A stretch of 64,000 nt of DNA. Origin: Elsinoe ampelina. Lineage: Eukaryota. A program made the translations under genes and the position numbers. Each line of letters opens with the position of its first letter. Within the stretch, counting starts at the first letter, position 1. Below, piece after piece: positions 23,440 through 36,456 of this stretch. The notes beneath the pieces are model-generated. The model ran no database searches, was not told the origin of the DNA, and was given only the letters and a program-made list of their open reading frames with translations. The stretch is from NCBI GenBank assembly GCA_010093995.1, contig ML992514.1:527967-591966 (forward strand), written 5' to 3'.

Positions 23440-23502
23440 CCATGTGAAGTCAGCCATGTGAAATTCCATGTGACGTCTGCTGTGCAGAATCGGCCATGTG
23501 AA
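23440..23502. promoter_or_regulatory. Cluster of four CCATGTGA motifs upstream of the CaaX gene
   Basis: Copies at 23440, 23454, 23466 and 23494, each containing a CANNTG E-box. Confidence 0.45.
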
Positions 23503-24519
23503 GTTGGCCATACCAAATTGGTAGGACGCTGGTGACCTATCCGGTGACTACATTGGTGTCCATGATGCCTGGTAACCTCGGGATCAGCCAAGCTTGGGAC
23601 GACATGAATGGTACAAAAAAGAAAGCCGACGGGAGCTTTCTAGCAACTACCGGCCACAGTCTCCATCAACTCTTATCTGGTTGGGATATCTTGTAGCTGG
23701 TAGTACCTTCCACTGTACTACTAGGTCTGGACGCATTACCAGCTACATGTATAGAGGAAGATATTCCACCGTCAGGTTCTGGTAGTTTTGCTGATGTATA
23801 CCGCGTATTCTGCTCTGAGCGTGCAGCCTGTGGCCTAAGTGGTCTATATAATCGAATGATCATTGGAGGATTCCGTATGTTCTGCTGGATGGCTTCTAGC
23901 GGGCGTCTTGTCGGCAGCTCAATCATCGCAACATGTTGTTCTGCACACGTCGAACGCTGAGACGCGTTACGACATCTCAACCAAGGCATTGATTCTTGCG
24001 AGCTGAGGTTGCCGAGCAATGGTGTGTGGCAGTAAATGCGATATGAACTAGAAGTACGCGAGTGGAGCCGAGACCGCAAAGTATGTTGGTATCTCAGCTG
24101 GTAGTAATTGTTGTGACCTGCGCCTCAAGTGGCAGCAGTCTGACAAGGTCCCACCGGAATAGTGCCTGTTAGGGGTTGATGCGATGAAGGTCGAGACCAT
24201 CAGACTGGAGCTCGCTCTCGCGAATTACGGCGCCTTTCCCGATAGTAATTGTTGACACCGGCAGATCGGATCGTTTAGGACAGGCACCGATTGACCTGGG
24301 TGCTTAAGGAGGTATGTCCGTTCGTTGTAGAAGAACTACCAGGTGACCGGATGCTCCATGAAGTCCCCTACAACGACCGCTGTGTGGATTGGCCACGTCA
24401 AGCTGACGATGCCAAATTGGCAAGCTGCCAGCGACCTCTCCTGTAGAGACTCAATCGTTGAAGTGCTCACATAATTTTGCTCGTGAACATCTCCGTGAAT
24501 ACCATACTGTTTCTCATCT

Positions 24520-25010
24520 TCACACACCATCTGGAGTTTGCTTGGACACGCTGCCAGCAACGTGCTCTGGATCATTCTCTTGAAGCTCCTTCTCGCGGAT
24601 GGCCTGCATAAGCTCGTACATCTGTGCAATCTGCTGGTCGTTCATCTTGTCAACTTTTTGCTTGTCCATCTTTTCGCCCCTCCAGTCATCGCCTTCGATT
24701 TGCTGGACATAGGTCTGCCACTCTGTCAAGAAGCCAACCTGAGATGTTAGTGCCTGTGCAGTTCGAAAATGTGCTCGTTGCGTACAATGTGCATTGGGTT
24801 GTCGATCTTTTGGTGGTTCCGGAATTCGCTCTTGACATAGTCATCACCAAGCACTCGCATCTCAACTGGAAGCTTGTTGCGATGGGCTCGAAGGATCCGT
24901 CTGTACAGAGGAATTGGGGGCAGCAATGCTGGTGGGACTTGACGCAGACCGGAAGATTGTGTTCCAATCGATGAGTGTGCCGCGAGTCGGCGGATGGACG
25001 GTCGTAGCAT
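24520..25010 (-). CDS. SDH7: Succinate dehydrogenase assembly factor 3 (Acn9/Sdh7, LYR family)
   Basis: [10 protein letters not shown]...[13 protein letters not shown]...[10 protein letters not shown]; intron 24739-24785; mitochondrial-type presequence. Confidence 0.92.
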
Positions 25011-25240
25011 GGTGGTAATCGAGTCAAAGATGCTAGTGAGAGTGAACTTTTCTGGAAACGTGAATGTGGAAGAGAAAAAAGATCCATCGAGGTTTGCTCA
25101 GAGATGATCATCTTACAACCGAGGCGGAATTTTTCCTCTTCGCATGCGCAAGTCAGCTATCCACTTCATCAATCTTTTGTTTGAAATTCCTGCTCAATTG
25201 ACTTGATCTCCCTTGGGCTTGGTTACGATGGATATAAAAC

Positions 25241-26008
25241 ATGCTGCCTACACCTTCCACCTCGCATGTCCCTTACGATCGGGTCTACGAGCCAGCCGAA
25301 GACAGCTATCTCCTGCTCGACACCCTATCATCGGCGAGCGAAACCCAATGGCTGCATGATCGCCTTGCCAACGTACCAGCACCTCTCATCTGCGAGATCG
25401 GGACAGGTTCAGGAGTAGTCCTTGCATTCGTGGCTGCAAACACTTCTCGAATACTGGGAAGAAGCGACGCCTTGGCTATAGGAGTCGACATTAACCACTT
25501 TGCTTGCAAAGCGACAGCACGTACAGTATACCAAGCTATCGAAGCACATACAGAGAAGGCTGCTAGGAGGCCACTTTTCCTAGGTGCTGTGCACGGCGAC
25601 CTGACAACGGCATTGAAGCCTGCATCTTTGGACGTGCTTGTTTTCAATCCGCCATATGTCCCTGCACCTCTACCCGACAATGCCCTCCATAGACACGATG
25701 AACAGATATCTTACTCGTCTCATGAAGTATTCGAACGGGACAGCCACCTGCTCGCTCTGTCCTACGCTGGTGGCGAAGACGGAATGGAGGTGACGAACAG
25801 GCTACTCGATGAGATACCGCGCATACTCACCGACAGGGGTGTCGCTTACGTACTACTATGCGCCCAAAACAAGCCGAAAACTGTTATCGACAACATCAAA
25901 TCTTGGAGCTCCGGATGGGATGCATGCATTGTCGGAGACAGTGGAGGGAAGGCTGGCTGGGAGAAACTGGTAGTACTGCGTATCTGCAGGAACGCTCGCG
26001 ACCAATGA
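25241..26008 (+). CDS. MTQ2: eRF1 N5-glutamine methyltransferase (Mtq2/HEMK2)
   Basis: MLPTP..VYEPAEDSYLLLD, EIGTGSG, FNPPYVP, YAGGEDG, GWEKL. Confidence 0.93.
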   Translation: MLPTPSTSHVPYDRVYEPAEDSYLLLDTLSSASETQWLHDRLANVPAPLICEIGTGSGVVLAFVAANTSRILGRSDALAIGVDINHFACKATARTVYQAIEAHTEKAARRPLFLGAVHGDLTTALKPASLDVLVFNPPYVPAPLPDNALHRHDEQISYSSHEVFERDSHLLALSYAGGEDGMEVTNRLLDEIPRILTDRGVAYVLLCAQNKPKTVIDNIKSWSSGWDACIVGDSGGKAGWEKLVVLRICRNARDQ

Positions 26009-26426
26009 TATGGTCCAGGTATAATCAGGTATAAGTGGTCTCGCGATCTGCAGAAATGAGCATTTTCAGATGTGACATGTGGGAATTTGGTAGCAATTGA
26101 GGACAACGCGCCTCATTGCTATCTTACAGACGAGTTCTTCAAGCCTTCCTTTGGGTGTGTTCGGGACGATTGTCTGGTCGCACCTTGAAAGTCACAGTAG
26201 TTCAACAGCTCGAAATCAATGAGCATCAAACGACACTTGGAGGTCAATCTATCTCGATACCTCAGCAGTGAGTACATCCGTCTTTCATATTCGGCACAAT
26301 CGTACCAGTCAGTCTGGTTGCCGCACCCGATACTTCACCTTCGAATCGGAGCGATACTAAAAGTGCACTTTGCAACATCTTCCCTCACGGCAACACCAAA
26401 TCATTGGGGCCTCCGGAATATCAGCC

Positions 26427-27668
26427 ATGGCTCACACCGATGTGGTACGTTGTGAAGCTCATGGGCTCGCCATCACTATCGCTGGAAATGCTGGTTCCGA
26501 CTCTGCTCAAGTCCCGCTCACCTTTACGGGGCCGACTACATTCTACGTCGTCGTGCCAGGCTCTGGTACGCGACTGGTCATTACCATTACATCCGCATCG
26601 CCTACGAGCAACGACGCAATCACATATATTGGTAGCGGCAGTTCATCCCAGCATGTCCCGATGCCTGCTTCAGCAGACACGCCTGCGGGTCGTGCGGCCG
26701 AGGAAAGCCAGCCCATAAGCACCGTGACAGAGGTCCAGCGCCTCCCGAATTCAACACTCGCCAGTGTTTCACGTATGGGGATCGTGGAGACACTCGAAAG
26801 CACAGTTTCAGCTGTTGGTACATTGCACGAACCAAAAGAGGATACTCTCTGCAGTACACTTCCGACTGCTCGCCCACCTTTCGGAGCCCAAGCTTCTTTC
26901 CTGGATGTTGGACTCAGCGCAAGCAATCACCTGCATTCTAGAAACTCTGCAGAACGATTCGCAGCAAGAGTACGGCCTCGTGTTCTGATCCATGACGAAT
27001 CTCCATCCGAAGTAGAGATGACAGCTGGTAGTGATGACCCCGACCAGGAACGGAGTACAGCGGCTCCTCGCGACGCTGACGAGGACGCCGAGTACGAACC
27101 CATGGATACTATGTTCCAGGATGTGGACGACGCAACAAGGGGCGACATCAAAAGCGAGCGGAGGTTCTTGAAGCGCATCATCGGCCATAATTTCTATGTG
27201 TGGAAAGAAACAAAGTCCACGCGTGAATGCCGAGAGAGGAACAATGAGCTCGCAATTCTCATAGGCTTGCCACCAACGGACGAACCGGAGATGCGGTGCA
27301 TAAACTGGGAAGTCTGCGAGGCCAACAAGGTGATGGACGACATCATTGACCTCCAATGCCAGATCTGGGACGCTGCCGATGATATGGAGGACGGCTTGGT
27401 CTTCTTGCGCAAGCGCGGCGTCGAATGGACCAAGCTCACCAATACTTACGGAAAGATGCATCGTGCTGCTACACAGATGCGCCAGCAGCTGGAGGAGATG
27501 ACGGGCACTCGATTCACTCGTAAGCGCAAAGCTGAGTTTGACTCGGAAGATGAGGAAGACGAGAAAGACGAAGCTGTGAAGCGGGCGAGGTTGTATGACG
27601 AAGAGGAAGGCTCTGAAGAAGACAGTGACGGAGGCGACGAAGGAGACCCAGCAAGCAAGGCTGGGTAA
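26427..27668 (+). CDS. Hypothetical protein with NLS-like RKRK and acidic tail
   Basis: ORF of over 400 codons with coding-like composition; no recognised domain. Confidence 0.6.
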   Translation: MAHTDVVRCEAHGLAITIAGNAGSDSAQVPLTFTGPTTFYVVVPGSGTRLVITITSASPTSNDAITYIGSGSSSQHVPMPASADTPAGRAAEESQPISTVTEVQRLPNSTLASVSRMGIVETLESTVSAVGTLHEPKEDTLCSTLPTARPPFGAQASFLDVGLSASNHLHSRNSAERFAARVRPRVLIHDESPSEVEMTAGSDDPDQERSTAAPRDADEDAEYEPMDTMFQDVDDATRGDIKSERRFLKRIIGHNFYVWKETKSTRECRERNNELAILIGLPPTDEPEMRCINWEVCEANKVMDDIIDLQCQIWDAADDMEDGLVFLRKRGVEWTKLTNTYGKMHRAATQMRQQLEEMTGTRFTRKRKAEFDSEDEEDEKDEAVKRARLYDEEEGSEEDSDGGDEGDPASKAG

Positions 27669-28186
27669 CCATCGCTGGATAGGGAACTAGTTTGGAGAAA
27701 GTCGGAAACAGATGACTCGGGTTCATAGGATGTGAGCGGGAGACCTTGATGAAGGTGACATCAGACGAAAACGGGCTCTCACCGATGTTGAGAGAGAGGG
27801 AGGACATCATTTTCAATGGAAGCCATCGTGGTCTCGCAATACGGCTCATCAGAATGGTAAACTGTCCTGCATAGTTCAGGCGTGGAAGCGCCACTTTCAT
27901 TGCTCTCCAAGTTGCTACCTCGGCCCCATCATGAACTTTTCTCTTGCACACATTTGTGCCATGCCTTGGTCGTCGTCGTTGGTATCACTCATCCTTGCTG
28001 AAGGCCAATGCAGTTCTGTCGATATGCGCCCGTCATATCATACTGGAAAGCTCCAGTATGCAATGTGCCTCGGTGACTCAATTTGCAGCAGCAGCTCATG
28101 ACTGTTCTCGAATGGGAAAACCGGAGCACCCAGCCACGGCATCCTAATCATCCTGCTTCATACCGTCCCTCCTATCATACTCCCCC

Positions 28187-28638
28187 TCAAAATCCCCTAC
28201 CACCACCCCTACCCCTTCCTCTACCCCCTCCTCTCCCCCTCCCACCACCTCTCCCCCCACCCCGTCCCCCTCCCCTCGCGCCCCCCTTATCCGCCTGCTC
28301 CTTCCTCGCCTTATTCTTCGGCTTGGGCGCATCATCAATCAACAACGTATCCAACGGCAAACTATCCGGCAAGATGAAATAACGAATCATACTACCCCTG
28401 ATATTGATCGTGTCCATGGAGATGGGCTCGCGGCCGCGCGGGGTGAGCTTGACTGTGCGCAGGGCCGTGTTCATCTGAGGGGAGACGCTGGCGATGGTGC
28501 CGTGGATGAGGGTGCCGTTTTTGAGTTCGAGGGTGACGGTTTCGTTTTGGCATTTCATGAGGAAGCTGGAGGGGATTAGTAAGAGGGACTAGAGAGGACA
28601 AGGGGAGGGGAGGCGAGGGCGTACCGAACGAGCTTCAT
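28187..28638 (-). CDS. SMD1: Small nuclear ribonucleoprotein Sm D1
   Basis: [23 protein letters not shown]...[21 protein letters not shown] plus RGG tail; intron 28566-28624. Confidence 0.95.
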
Positions 28639-29101
28639 TTTGTGGTTGGGCGGGCTTTGCGCCCGGGGTGAGGAGAAGTTGGTGGCGCCGTCTGGAGATC
28701 GAATGTGATGAGGTGGTTAAGAGCGGCACTTGGTGGAGTGTATTGGTGAGGAGAAGGTTATCGTGTGGTGTGAAATTTGTGGTGGTGCAACTTCAGAAAA
28801 ATTGAAGTCGCGAAGCTGAGATGCGGTTGGAGATGCTTGGCGTGCCAAGAGAATGCTCGCTGTCCATAAGGTATCTCATGGTATCTCAAATGCCACATGA
28901 TACGTAAGCATGTATTTTAAAACCACATTGGTGGCGTCGATCTGATCTCTAGTACGTTTCCGTCTTCGAGGTATGCCAGGCCCGGATTGCCGGTATGTGC
29001 AATTCAGTATAGGAATGGTCAAACGAGGGTTTGAGATTGCATAGCTTGTCTACTACGAAGTCGAGCAACCTCCGACCAGAGCAGGTCTATACGCCTCTGT
29101 T

Positions 29102-29611
29102 CTATCGTTCACCTTCGACTTTCTCCCACTCACTATCGGTGCTAATGTCTCCGCTGGTCTCTCCGCCCTTTCGCCTTTGCGCCGTACCCTCCTCTCTCCC
29201 AGTGACCTGTACCTGCTGTTTTACTCGTGTACTTCGTCTCACCGGCTTCCCGCCTTCAACCTCTGTCTCTGTGCCTGTGCCCGCCTCATCGTCACCTTCT
29301 TCCGCTACTCTCTTCTCTTCGGCTTCGCTCTTCTCCGCTTCCTCTCGTTCTGCCCGCTTCTGATCCTTCGCCTTGTCTGCTTCGGCTTGTGCTTGTGCAG
29401 TCTGTAGCTCGCCAGCGAACCAGTTTATGGAGACCCAGAGACCTGCCGACAGGAGCGATAAGACTAGGAAGTGGATGGAGTAGGTCGCGATAAGAAGCGC
29501 GAAGAGGAGAGTCTGCAGGCAGAAGAAAGTGACATTTGTAGCGATGAGGAGAGTCGGCGTCGGGCCAGGTGTGAAGACGGAGGTCCAGAGGTTCTCTATG
29601 AAAGTAGCCAT
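29102..29611 (-). CDS. PKR1: ER V-ATPase assembly factor Pkr1
   Basis: MATFIENLWTSVFTPGPTPTLLIATN, two TM helices, SINWF, charged tail. Confidence 0.88.
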   Translation of the reverse strand: MATFIENLWTSVFTPGPTPTLLIATNVTFFCLQTLLFALLIATYSIHFLVLSLLSAGLWVSINWFAGELQTAQAQAEADKAKDQKRAEREEAEKSEAEEKRVAEEGDDEAGTGTETEVEGGKPVRRSTRVKQQVQVTGREEGTAQRRKGGETSGDISTDSEWEKVEGER

Positions 29612-30236
29612 ACTGTTTCGGTCGTCGAGCGGATGCGCAATCACAGACTTGGGAGCTAGGCGAGATTACAAACGTAAGAAGAGGCGGATCGTCGTTTGGT
29701 CGATCCCAGGAGGGCCTCGCGAGAGTGTATGTGGCGCGCGAATGTCGAGGCGAGTAAGACGAGGCTTACGCCGGCTTTGGCGGAGCAGTGATGTTATATG
29801 TCAGGTGATGATTTTGTCTGGGTACAGATGAGGCTCCCCGCAAGCTATCAAGCTGATCCGAGTGCTGAGAAATAGAAGAAGTAGTGAGAGATGATGTTGA
29901 GGTTGTTTACAGCGAGAGTATCGTAAAGAAAGCGAAGACTCAGCGACTGACTGGAGGTCACCGCCAATTACGGAGAGTCAGGTACGCTTGTGCCTGATGT
30001 TAGACCGCCAGCGTTAAAGAGATCATATGACGCGCTTTAAAACGCAGAAACGTGGGAGCCGAGGCCGGCAAATGAGCCCAAGGGACCCCCCCCCATCTCA
30101 TTTGCCCTACTTCGGGACCATTCACAGCCCGGAACTTAGCCGTCCGGGGTGCTCTGTCTGCAGCGAGTACAGCCAAATCACGTTGGGAGAAATCAATGCT
30201 ATGCAGGTATCCTCTTTTATGTACATATCATAATGG

Positions 30237-31196
30237 TCATCCTCGATCATCTTTGTCCAAACCATCAGGCATGCAAGTCTCTTGAGGCGGTAGTACATGT
30301 CCGGCCTTCTCATCTCTCAATTCGTCTACACCGATGCCTAGCATCGCAGCCTCTCGGTTCTTCAGAAACCAGTCTATCCGTTCATCTTTCGGCCTTTGAT
30401 GTGTACTCTGCCGTACCTTTCGCAGCTCTTTACTAGCTTGGTCATGTACAGCATCTCTTGCAGCCAGGAAACGTCCTCCTTCCGTCTCTGCCCGATTGTA
30501 ATTCAGTGAACTTCCAACAGCCGCAAAGACTAGCACGAGCGAGACAAATGTTGAGTTCTGTAGATATCGCGGTGTTTGTGGTTCCCTCGACGTCCCTTCC
30601 TGTCGGTCCCGCCAGCGCTCCCAATCTTCCCAGGTCGCATTCGACCAGATGTTCGGATCATGCTCCCGCCAGGCGCCGGATGTGAAAGGACCGGGAGGCG
30701 TTTGGTTACCTGCGTAGGGAGAGTATGGTGGCGAATCTGCCTTGCCCGCCCATCCGGCTCCAAATCGATCATAAGCATTTCGCTTGACAGGATCCGAAAG
30801 TATAGTGTGGGCTGCTACGATAAGCCTGTACCGCTCGAGTCGGATGGCGTGTGAGCATGATGAATCTCCAATACTTCGATCAGGATGGTAGAGCTTGACC
30901 AGCTCGTAGAATCGAGCCTTGCTGTAAGGTGCGGATCTCTGGATGTCGAAGATCTGGTATGGCGTAGGACAGGATTGGCCTTTGGGTGCTTCCGGCCAAT
31001 TCAACGCCGGGTCATCCACTCTGCTGTCACCGGCAATCGTGGCATAACCATTCTTGAGGTTGTGGTGTCGTCTGTCATGATATCGGATGTCTCGCGTGCT
31101 CAGGCACTTGTATGACGTACTACATGTGGCGGCCGATGGAGTGAATGAATGTATGGCGTTACATGTTGTGATAAAACTGCCTTTGATGAAAGTCAT
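30237..31196 (-). CDS. JID1: Mitochondrial J-domain protein (Jid1-like)
   Basis: PTPYQIF...YELVKLYHPD...AHTILSDPVKRNAYD J-domain, NATWEDW, single TM segment. Confidence 0.8.
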   Translation of the reverse strand: MTFIKGSFITTCNAIHSFTPSAATCSTSYKCLSTRDIRYHDRRHHNLKNGYATIAGDSRVDDPALNWPEAPKGQSCPTPYQIFDIQRSAPYSKARFYELVKLYHPDRSIGDSSCSHAIRLERYRLIVAAHTILSDPVKRNAYDRFGAGWAGKADSPPYSPYAGNQTPPGPFTSGAWREHDPNIWSNATWEDWERWRDRQEGTSREPQTPRYLQNSTFVSLVLVFAAVGSSLNYNRAETEGGRFLAARDAVHDQASKELRKVRQSTHQRPKDERIDWFLKNREAAMLGIGVDELRDEKAGHVLPPQETCMPDGLDKDDRG

Positions 31197-31364
31197 CTTC
31201 GTCCAAGAGTGCCGCCAGTCATGGTAGCGGCAAACAGATTAAGTAAAAAGAAGACATCGTTTGTTCGTCAAATCGACTCAATCGGCCTCGAAGGTAGATC
31301 GCAGGGACGATGTCGGCCGATCGGATTCATGGTGGGGCAGATCTAGAGAGATCTCTTGGCGAAT

Positions 31365-31417
31365 CACGTGGTCGCGTGTCAGAAAGCTGCAAGCAATTGA
31401 CGCCTGTCAAAACGCGT
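31365..31417. promoter_or_regulatory. MCB-like boxes (ACGCGT 31412-31417, TCGCGT 31372-31377) in the JID1/SGS1 divergent promoter
   Basis: MluI cell-cycle box consensus ~110 bp upstream of a DNA-repair helicase gene; motif match only. Confidence 0.45.
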
Positions 31418-31524
31418 GCGTCGACTTTGACACTCGGCAACGTCCCACATTCATGTGTGGCAACTATTTACAAACAGACTCATGCCACGACACGACCTCT
31501 CGAATGCAGTCATGAAATGCTCAA

Positions 31525-34500
31525 ATGACTCGCAATAATCTAAGGGAGCATCTCAGCTGGTTACTACGCGACAGTCCACAAGTGCCCGCCGACAGAACTA
31601 CACGCGTAGCTCCCTCTCAGAGTTTCCTGGAACCAGTCCCATCTTCATACATCGAGGCGCCTGCGCAGTCGGACGCAGGAGCTCCTCGAGTGCCCATCAA
31701 GGATCAGCCACAACCGAAATCGAATAGTAGTCGGGCAACCAGTTCTGGGCTTGAAGAGCGTCGTATCCTCAATGGACCCAGAGAAATCGTGGCAGGAGAC
31801 ATGGCAAGAGCACGTCCCGGATATGGAGTATCAACGAGTACATCAGCTCGTCCTCCGTCTGCGCCTAGTCCCGAGAAACAAAAGGTAGTCGAGACACCGT
31901 TGCGCAAGTCTGAACCTCGAACAAGGCCGAAGTTGGAAGACCAGGAAGAGCAGTATGGTCTCGACGATAGTCTCGAAGAGATTGACATGACATCCGCAGC
32001 CTTCGATCAGATAGCGTCGCAGAAGAAGGTTCGCAATCCGCCACAGGTCGCCGGGAAGAAGCGTAAAAGCAGCGAGATGGTAGTCGATGGGGGGAGATCA
32101 GATAATGGAAGCTCTTTCTCTATCGGTGCACGACAAGTACCTTACAAGGCCGCAAAGATCGTCGAAACGTTGGAGCCATTCTTCAAAGACGTGGATGATG
32201 CAGACTTTGACGAGTCTATTGATGAAAAAGCGACAACGATTCCTGAGGGATCACCTGCTAGGACAAGTGGACCGGCAAAGAAAAGACTTGCAGGCTCTGC
32301 ACCGAAAGATCATGATACGCTGTTGGAACCCCCTCCTCCCTATTCTACTGTTGCGCCTCCGAGCCACAACAGGTCGTTTCCAACTACCACGCCCAGTAGT
32401 TCTGGTTCTGCCGCGCAAACAATCTCAATCGACGATCAAGCGCTTCTATCAGAGTTCTCTAGTTGGTCAGAGGAGCATCTGGCTTGTCAAATTTCAAGAC
32501 TCGACGCAAAGAGGCAGGCACTGGTCGATCGGTATGTTGAAGCTCTCATGGATGAGACAGACACTGCACAATCGTTTCTAGACGAGTCACACGTCGTTGG
32601 CCAACAAGCGGATACACTTCAGAAACTTCCATCGTTCAAGCGCAAGATTCAGAGCTTGGATACAGAGACAAGCAATGTCAAGCAGAGGATTCGCGTCAAA
32701 GCCCTTGCTGGTCAGCCTCATCCCGATGAGCGTGCCGAGCTCAAGCGCATCCAGGAGACCATCAAGCAAACCCAGATGGACTGCATAGCTCTTCTACACG
32801 CAGTGAAGAACGTCATCGAAGCCGGCCGGACGACAGTCGTGGAGAAAGAGAGGATCAAGCCTGTACCTGCTCGATCACCGAAGAAGCCGACAAAGGTAGG
32901 AGATTCTATGGACCTCTACTTCTCGCCGACCAAGAAAAGCTTCACCAAATTAGCAGCCATTGCCGACAAGGAGAATAGTCATCCAGAAGAGGACGAGAGC
33001 TTCGGTAGATTCGATGACGATGACGATGACGGCTTCTCCACCGTCATGGGAATGCCACCACCTAAGACAATTCACTCCAAATCTGCCACGCACGATCATG
33101 AGTACCGTGGATCAGATCAGCATACCGTCGCCCTTCTCGACGATGACTATGGTGTCTTCGAAGACGACGACGATTTCATGGACATCTGCGAACAATCAGG
33201 TGCAACTCGTCTGTCCGAGACTCGCATGACTCCAGTCGGTAGGAAGGCACTGGATTCGACGCAAGTCAATGGATTGGCGAGGCAGAAATCGACCCCGAAC
33301 ACCAAGAAGGTTGAAGCAATGAATCAGCCAGCAATGCAACATCCTTGGTCTGAGGCGGTACGTGATATTCTTCGTCACAGATTCAAGCTGAGAGGTTTTC
33401 GACCAAACCAGCTTGAAGCAGTCAACGCAACTCTCGGAGGTCGTGATGCGTTTGTTCTGATGCCGACTGGTGGAGGTAAATCCTTATGCTATCAATTACC
33501 TGCTGCTGTGGACGCAGTGCGCAAACAGGGAGTGACAATTGTCATCTCACCTCTTCTCAGTCTAATGGAGGATCAAGTGGGTCACCTACAGAAGCTGGGT
33601 CTGCAGGCATCGGTCATCAATAATGAGACCAGCCCTGAGGAGAAACGGATCCTCTTTGATGCTTTGTCTGGACCGACACCGGGAAAATTTGTTCAGCTGC
33701 TTTACATCACCCCTGAAATGCTTACTCTCAACGTGAGGATGGTCGATACACTGGTCCGACTCAATGAACGTGGCTTCTTTGCCAGATTGGTTATCGATGA
33801 GGCACATTGTGTCAGCCAGTGGGGACACGATTTTCGACCACCATACACTGAGCTTGGAGCGTTGAGACAGAAGTTTCGCGGCGTTCCGGTTATGGCTCTC
33901 ACTGCAACCGCTACAGCAAATGTTAAGCTAGATGTCAAGCATAATCTGAGCATCACCGACTGTGTAGAGCTGGAGCAGAGTTTCAACAGGCCGAATCTCT
34001 ACTGGGAAGTCCGAGCCAAATCGAAAGGCGTTCTTGCCGAGATGGCCGATTTGATCAAACAAAAATTCCGCAATCAATCCGGGATTATTTATTGTCTCTC
34101 CAGAAAGAAGTGTGAGGATGTCGCGGCTGCACTTCGCAAAGACTATGGCATCAAGGCTGATCATTATCATGCCCAACTCACCCCAGAGATGAAACGCAAA
34201 GTCCAACGGAGCTGGCAGGCCAATCAGTGTCAGGTCATTGTTGCTACCATAGCATTCGGCATGGGTATCGACAAGCCCGATGTACGCTTCGTCATGCATC
34301 ATTCTTTGCCGAAAAGCTTGGAAGGCTACTATCAAGAGACAGGTCGTGCTGGCCGAGATGGCCATCGCTCCCACTGTTACCTCTTCTACAGTTATGGAGA
34401 TGTCACGATCCTGCGCAAGATGATCGACGACGATAGGGGGGACAAGAACGACAAGGGAGGATCAGGTCCAGTTCCAATCGTTCGGAGCGAGGAGTCAAAG

Positions 34501-36456
34501 GAGCGGCAGCGCAATCTACTCAGGACAATGGTGCAATTCTGCGAGAACCAGGCGGATTGTCGTCGAGTCCAAGTCCTTGGCTACTTCGGTGAGACGTTCA
34601 GATCTCGAGATTGCCACAAGGGCTGCGACAACTGTCTATCATCTGTTTCATTCGAGATGCGCGACTTCACCGAGGAGGGCAAGAATGCGGTCAGCTTGGT
34701 ACAGGCAATACAGAAGGCTCGAGACGATGAGACCAAGGAGAAGTTGCGCGAATTGTCCCGTCCTGCAAACGCCAGGGATCTGGAACACATACGGCAAACC
34801 TCGCAGTATCAGCTCACAACCCTGCAATGTGTGGACATCTTGCGCGGTAGCAAAGCCAAGAGCATCAAAGATCGTGGCCATTACGAGGAATATGCATCAC
34901 TTGAGAAACTCGATCGCGGCGAGGTAGAACGTCTGGTGCATCACCTTCTGGCTGATGATGTGCTCTGCGAATACAGCGTTGTCAACAAGGCGAGCTTTCC
35001 AGTGCAGTACATCGAGCTAGGCAGGAACCATCGTGCTTTCAGCAGTAATCAGAGGCGCCTACAAATGACGGTGAAGTCGTCAACTGCGAAGAAAGGTCTG
35101 GGTACTGCCGTCGCTAGCAAAGACAGTGGTTCGAAGAAGTCGACTACCAGCAAGAAGTCACGATCGGACGTTCCTTTGTCGACAAACGTCTCGTCACCAC
35201 CTGCTCCCCGAGCGCGACCCAAAAAGAACACAGTTACCGACCCAAGGAACCTCGAGACCGGTGTGGGTAGGAGCCGCAAGCAGGGCAAGTTGCCGTTTGT
35301 TCAAGAAGATGATGAGGACGCCGACGATAATTTCGAGGTCGATTCCGACTCGGATGATGACGATGACGACGGATTCGAGCCTGTCAGAGTTGCTGGAACT
35401 ACGAGCCGGTCACGAAAGTCAGGTGGGCGAGAGACTGGTCCCCCTATCACTGGCGACGCTTTGCTTGACAGTCTCAGCGAAGTCCACCGACATTTGGTTG
35501 ACAATTTCGTCACATCTGCCAAGGTCATTTGCGCTAATATCATGGGCAAGGAGGACATGCGCATGAGTCCGTTCACTGATACACAGCTTCGACACATGGC
35601 CATAAGATGGACTGAGGACATTGACAGTATGATGAAGATCCCTGACATCACTGAATGGAATGTTACCCGCTTCACAAAAGATCTCAGGAAGCTCGTCAAG
35701 AATTATCATTCACAATACAAAGCAATGATGGGTGAAGACTATGAGGACACTGATGTCGAAGCGCTAGAGAACGACATCGAGCAGAATGGACCTGTGCTGG
35801 ACCCGAATCACCAGAATGTTATCGACCTGGTCTCGGACGATGAAGCTGATCCTGACGACGAGTACGACGAACCGATCAGACCTGCCCCAAGAACCACCTC
35901 CAAGTCTCGGGTGACTGCTACCACGTCGCGTTCCAGGAGTGTCAATTCACACGTGGACATCGCCACATCGAGGAGGAGGAATACCAGCCCCTTTGACGAG
36001 GAGAAAAGTGACGAAGGTGACGCCGAGAGTGACTACGGTTCTGATCTAGAAGGCGGCCTCGAGTTCGAAGACGACGACGGTCCTGGCATAGCTAGTTCCT
36101 TCTTTGCTCCATCCACGGCAGTACAGCAATTCAACGAAACCCAAAACGCCGCTCGGACTGCCCGACCTGCCTCGCGAGCTCCTCGAGAAGGCGGGAGCAC
36201 CCGTGGAGGCAGGAAAACGTTCAGGAAGAATTCTGGCGGTCGAGGTGGCTACAGCCGAGGTGGCGGCGGAAAGGGAGCCAGGCGAACGTCTGGGGGCGCG
36301 AAGACAAGCAAGCTGAGCAAAAGGACTTCGGGAGGCAAGGCAAGGGGCGGATCCACAAATTTACAGCACTTTGCGTATGATCCAGACACAAGGACTGTAT
36401 CGAGAAGGGACGGGGGAAACAAGAAGAGTGGGGGAATTAGTGCTATGCCTACATGA
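31525..36456 (+). CDS. SGS1: RecQ family DNA helicase (Sgs1/MusN/QDE-3 type)
   Basis: [71 protein letters not shown] zinc module CRR..CDNC, HRDC-like region. Confidence 0.96.
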   Translation: MTRNNLREHLSWLLRDSPQVPADRTTRVAPSQSFLEPVPSSYIEAPAQSDAGAPRVPIKDQPQPKSNSSRATSSGLEERRILNGPREIVAGDMARARPGYGVSTSTSARPPSAPSPEKQKVVETPLRKSEPRTRPKLEDQEEQYGLDDSLEEIDMTSAAFDQIASQKKVRNPPQVAGKKRKSSEMVVDGGRSDNGSSFSIGARQVPYKAAKIVETLEPFFKDVDDADFDESIDEKATTIPEGSPARTSGPAKKRLAGSAPKDHDTLLEPPPPYSTVAPPSHNRSFPTTTPSSSGSAAQTISIDDQALLSEFSSWSEEHLACQISRLDAKRQALVDRYVEALMDETDTAQSFLDESHVVGQQADTLQKLPSFKRKIQSLDTETSNVKQRIRVKALAGQPHPDERAELKRIQETIKQTQMDCIALLHAVKNVIEAGRTTVVEKERIKPVPARSPKKPTKVGDSMDLYFSPTKKSFTKLAAIADKENSHPEEDESFGRFDDDDDDGFSTVMGMPPPKTIHSKSATHDHEYRGSDQHTVALLDDDYGVFEDDDDFMDICEQSGATRLSETRMTPVGRKALDSTQVNGLARQKSTPNTKKVEAMNQPAMQHPWSEAVRDILRHRFKLRGFRPNQLEAVNATLGGRDAFVLMPTGGGKSLCYQLPAAVDAVRKQGVTIVISPLLSLMEDQVGHLQKLGLQASVINNETSPEEKRILFDALSGPTPGKFVQLLYITPEMLTLNVRMVDTLVRLNERGFFARLVIDEAHCVSQWGHDFRPPYTELGALRQKFRGVPVMALTATATANVKLDVKHNLSITDCVELEQSFNRPNLYWEVRAKSKGVLAEMADLIKQKFRNQSGIIYCLSRKKCEDVAAALRKDYGIKADHYHAQLTPEMKRKVQRSWQANQCQVIVATIAFGMGIDKPDVRFVMHHSLPKSLEGYYQETGRAGRDGHRSHCYLFYSYGDVTILRKMIDDDRGDKNDKGGSGPVPIVRSEESKERQRNLLRTMVQFCENQADCRRVQVLGYFGETFRSRDCHKGCDNCLSSVSFEMRDFTEEGKNAVSLVQAIQKARDDETKEKLRELSRPANARDLEHIRQTSQYQLTTLQCVDILRGSKAKSIKDRGHYEEYASLEKLDRGEVERLVHHLLADDVLCEYSVVNKASFPVQYIELGRNHRAFSSNQRRLQMTVKSSTAKKGLGTAVASKDSGSKKSTTSKKSRSDVPLSTNVSSPPAPRARPKKNTVTDPRNLETGVGRSRKQGKLPFVQEDDEDADDNFEVDSDSDDDDDDGFEPVRVAGTTSRSRKSGGRETGPPITGDALLDSLSEVHRHLVDNFVTSAKVICANIMGKEDMRMSPFTDTQLRHMAIRWTEDIDSMMKIPDITEWNVTRFTKDLRKLVKNYHSQYKAMMGEDYEDTDVEALENDIEQNGPVLDPNHQNVIDLVSDDEADPDDEYDEPIRPAPRTTSKSRVTATTSRSRSVNSHVDIATSRRRNTSPFDEEKSDEGDAESDYGSDLEGGLEFEDDDGPGIASSFFAPSTAVQQFNETQNAARTARPASRAPREGGSTRGGRKTFRKNSGGRGGYSRGGGGKGARRTSGGAKTSKLSKRTSGGKARGGSTNLQHFAYDPDTRTVSRRDGGNKKSGGISAMPT

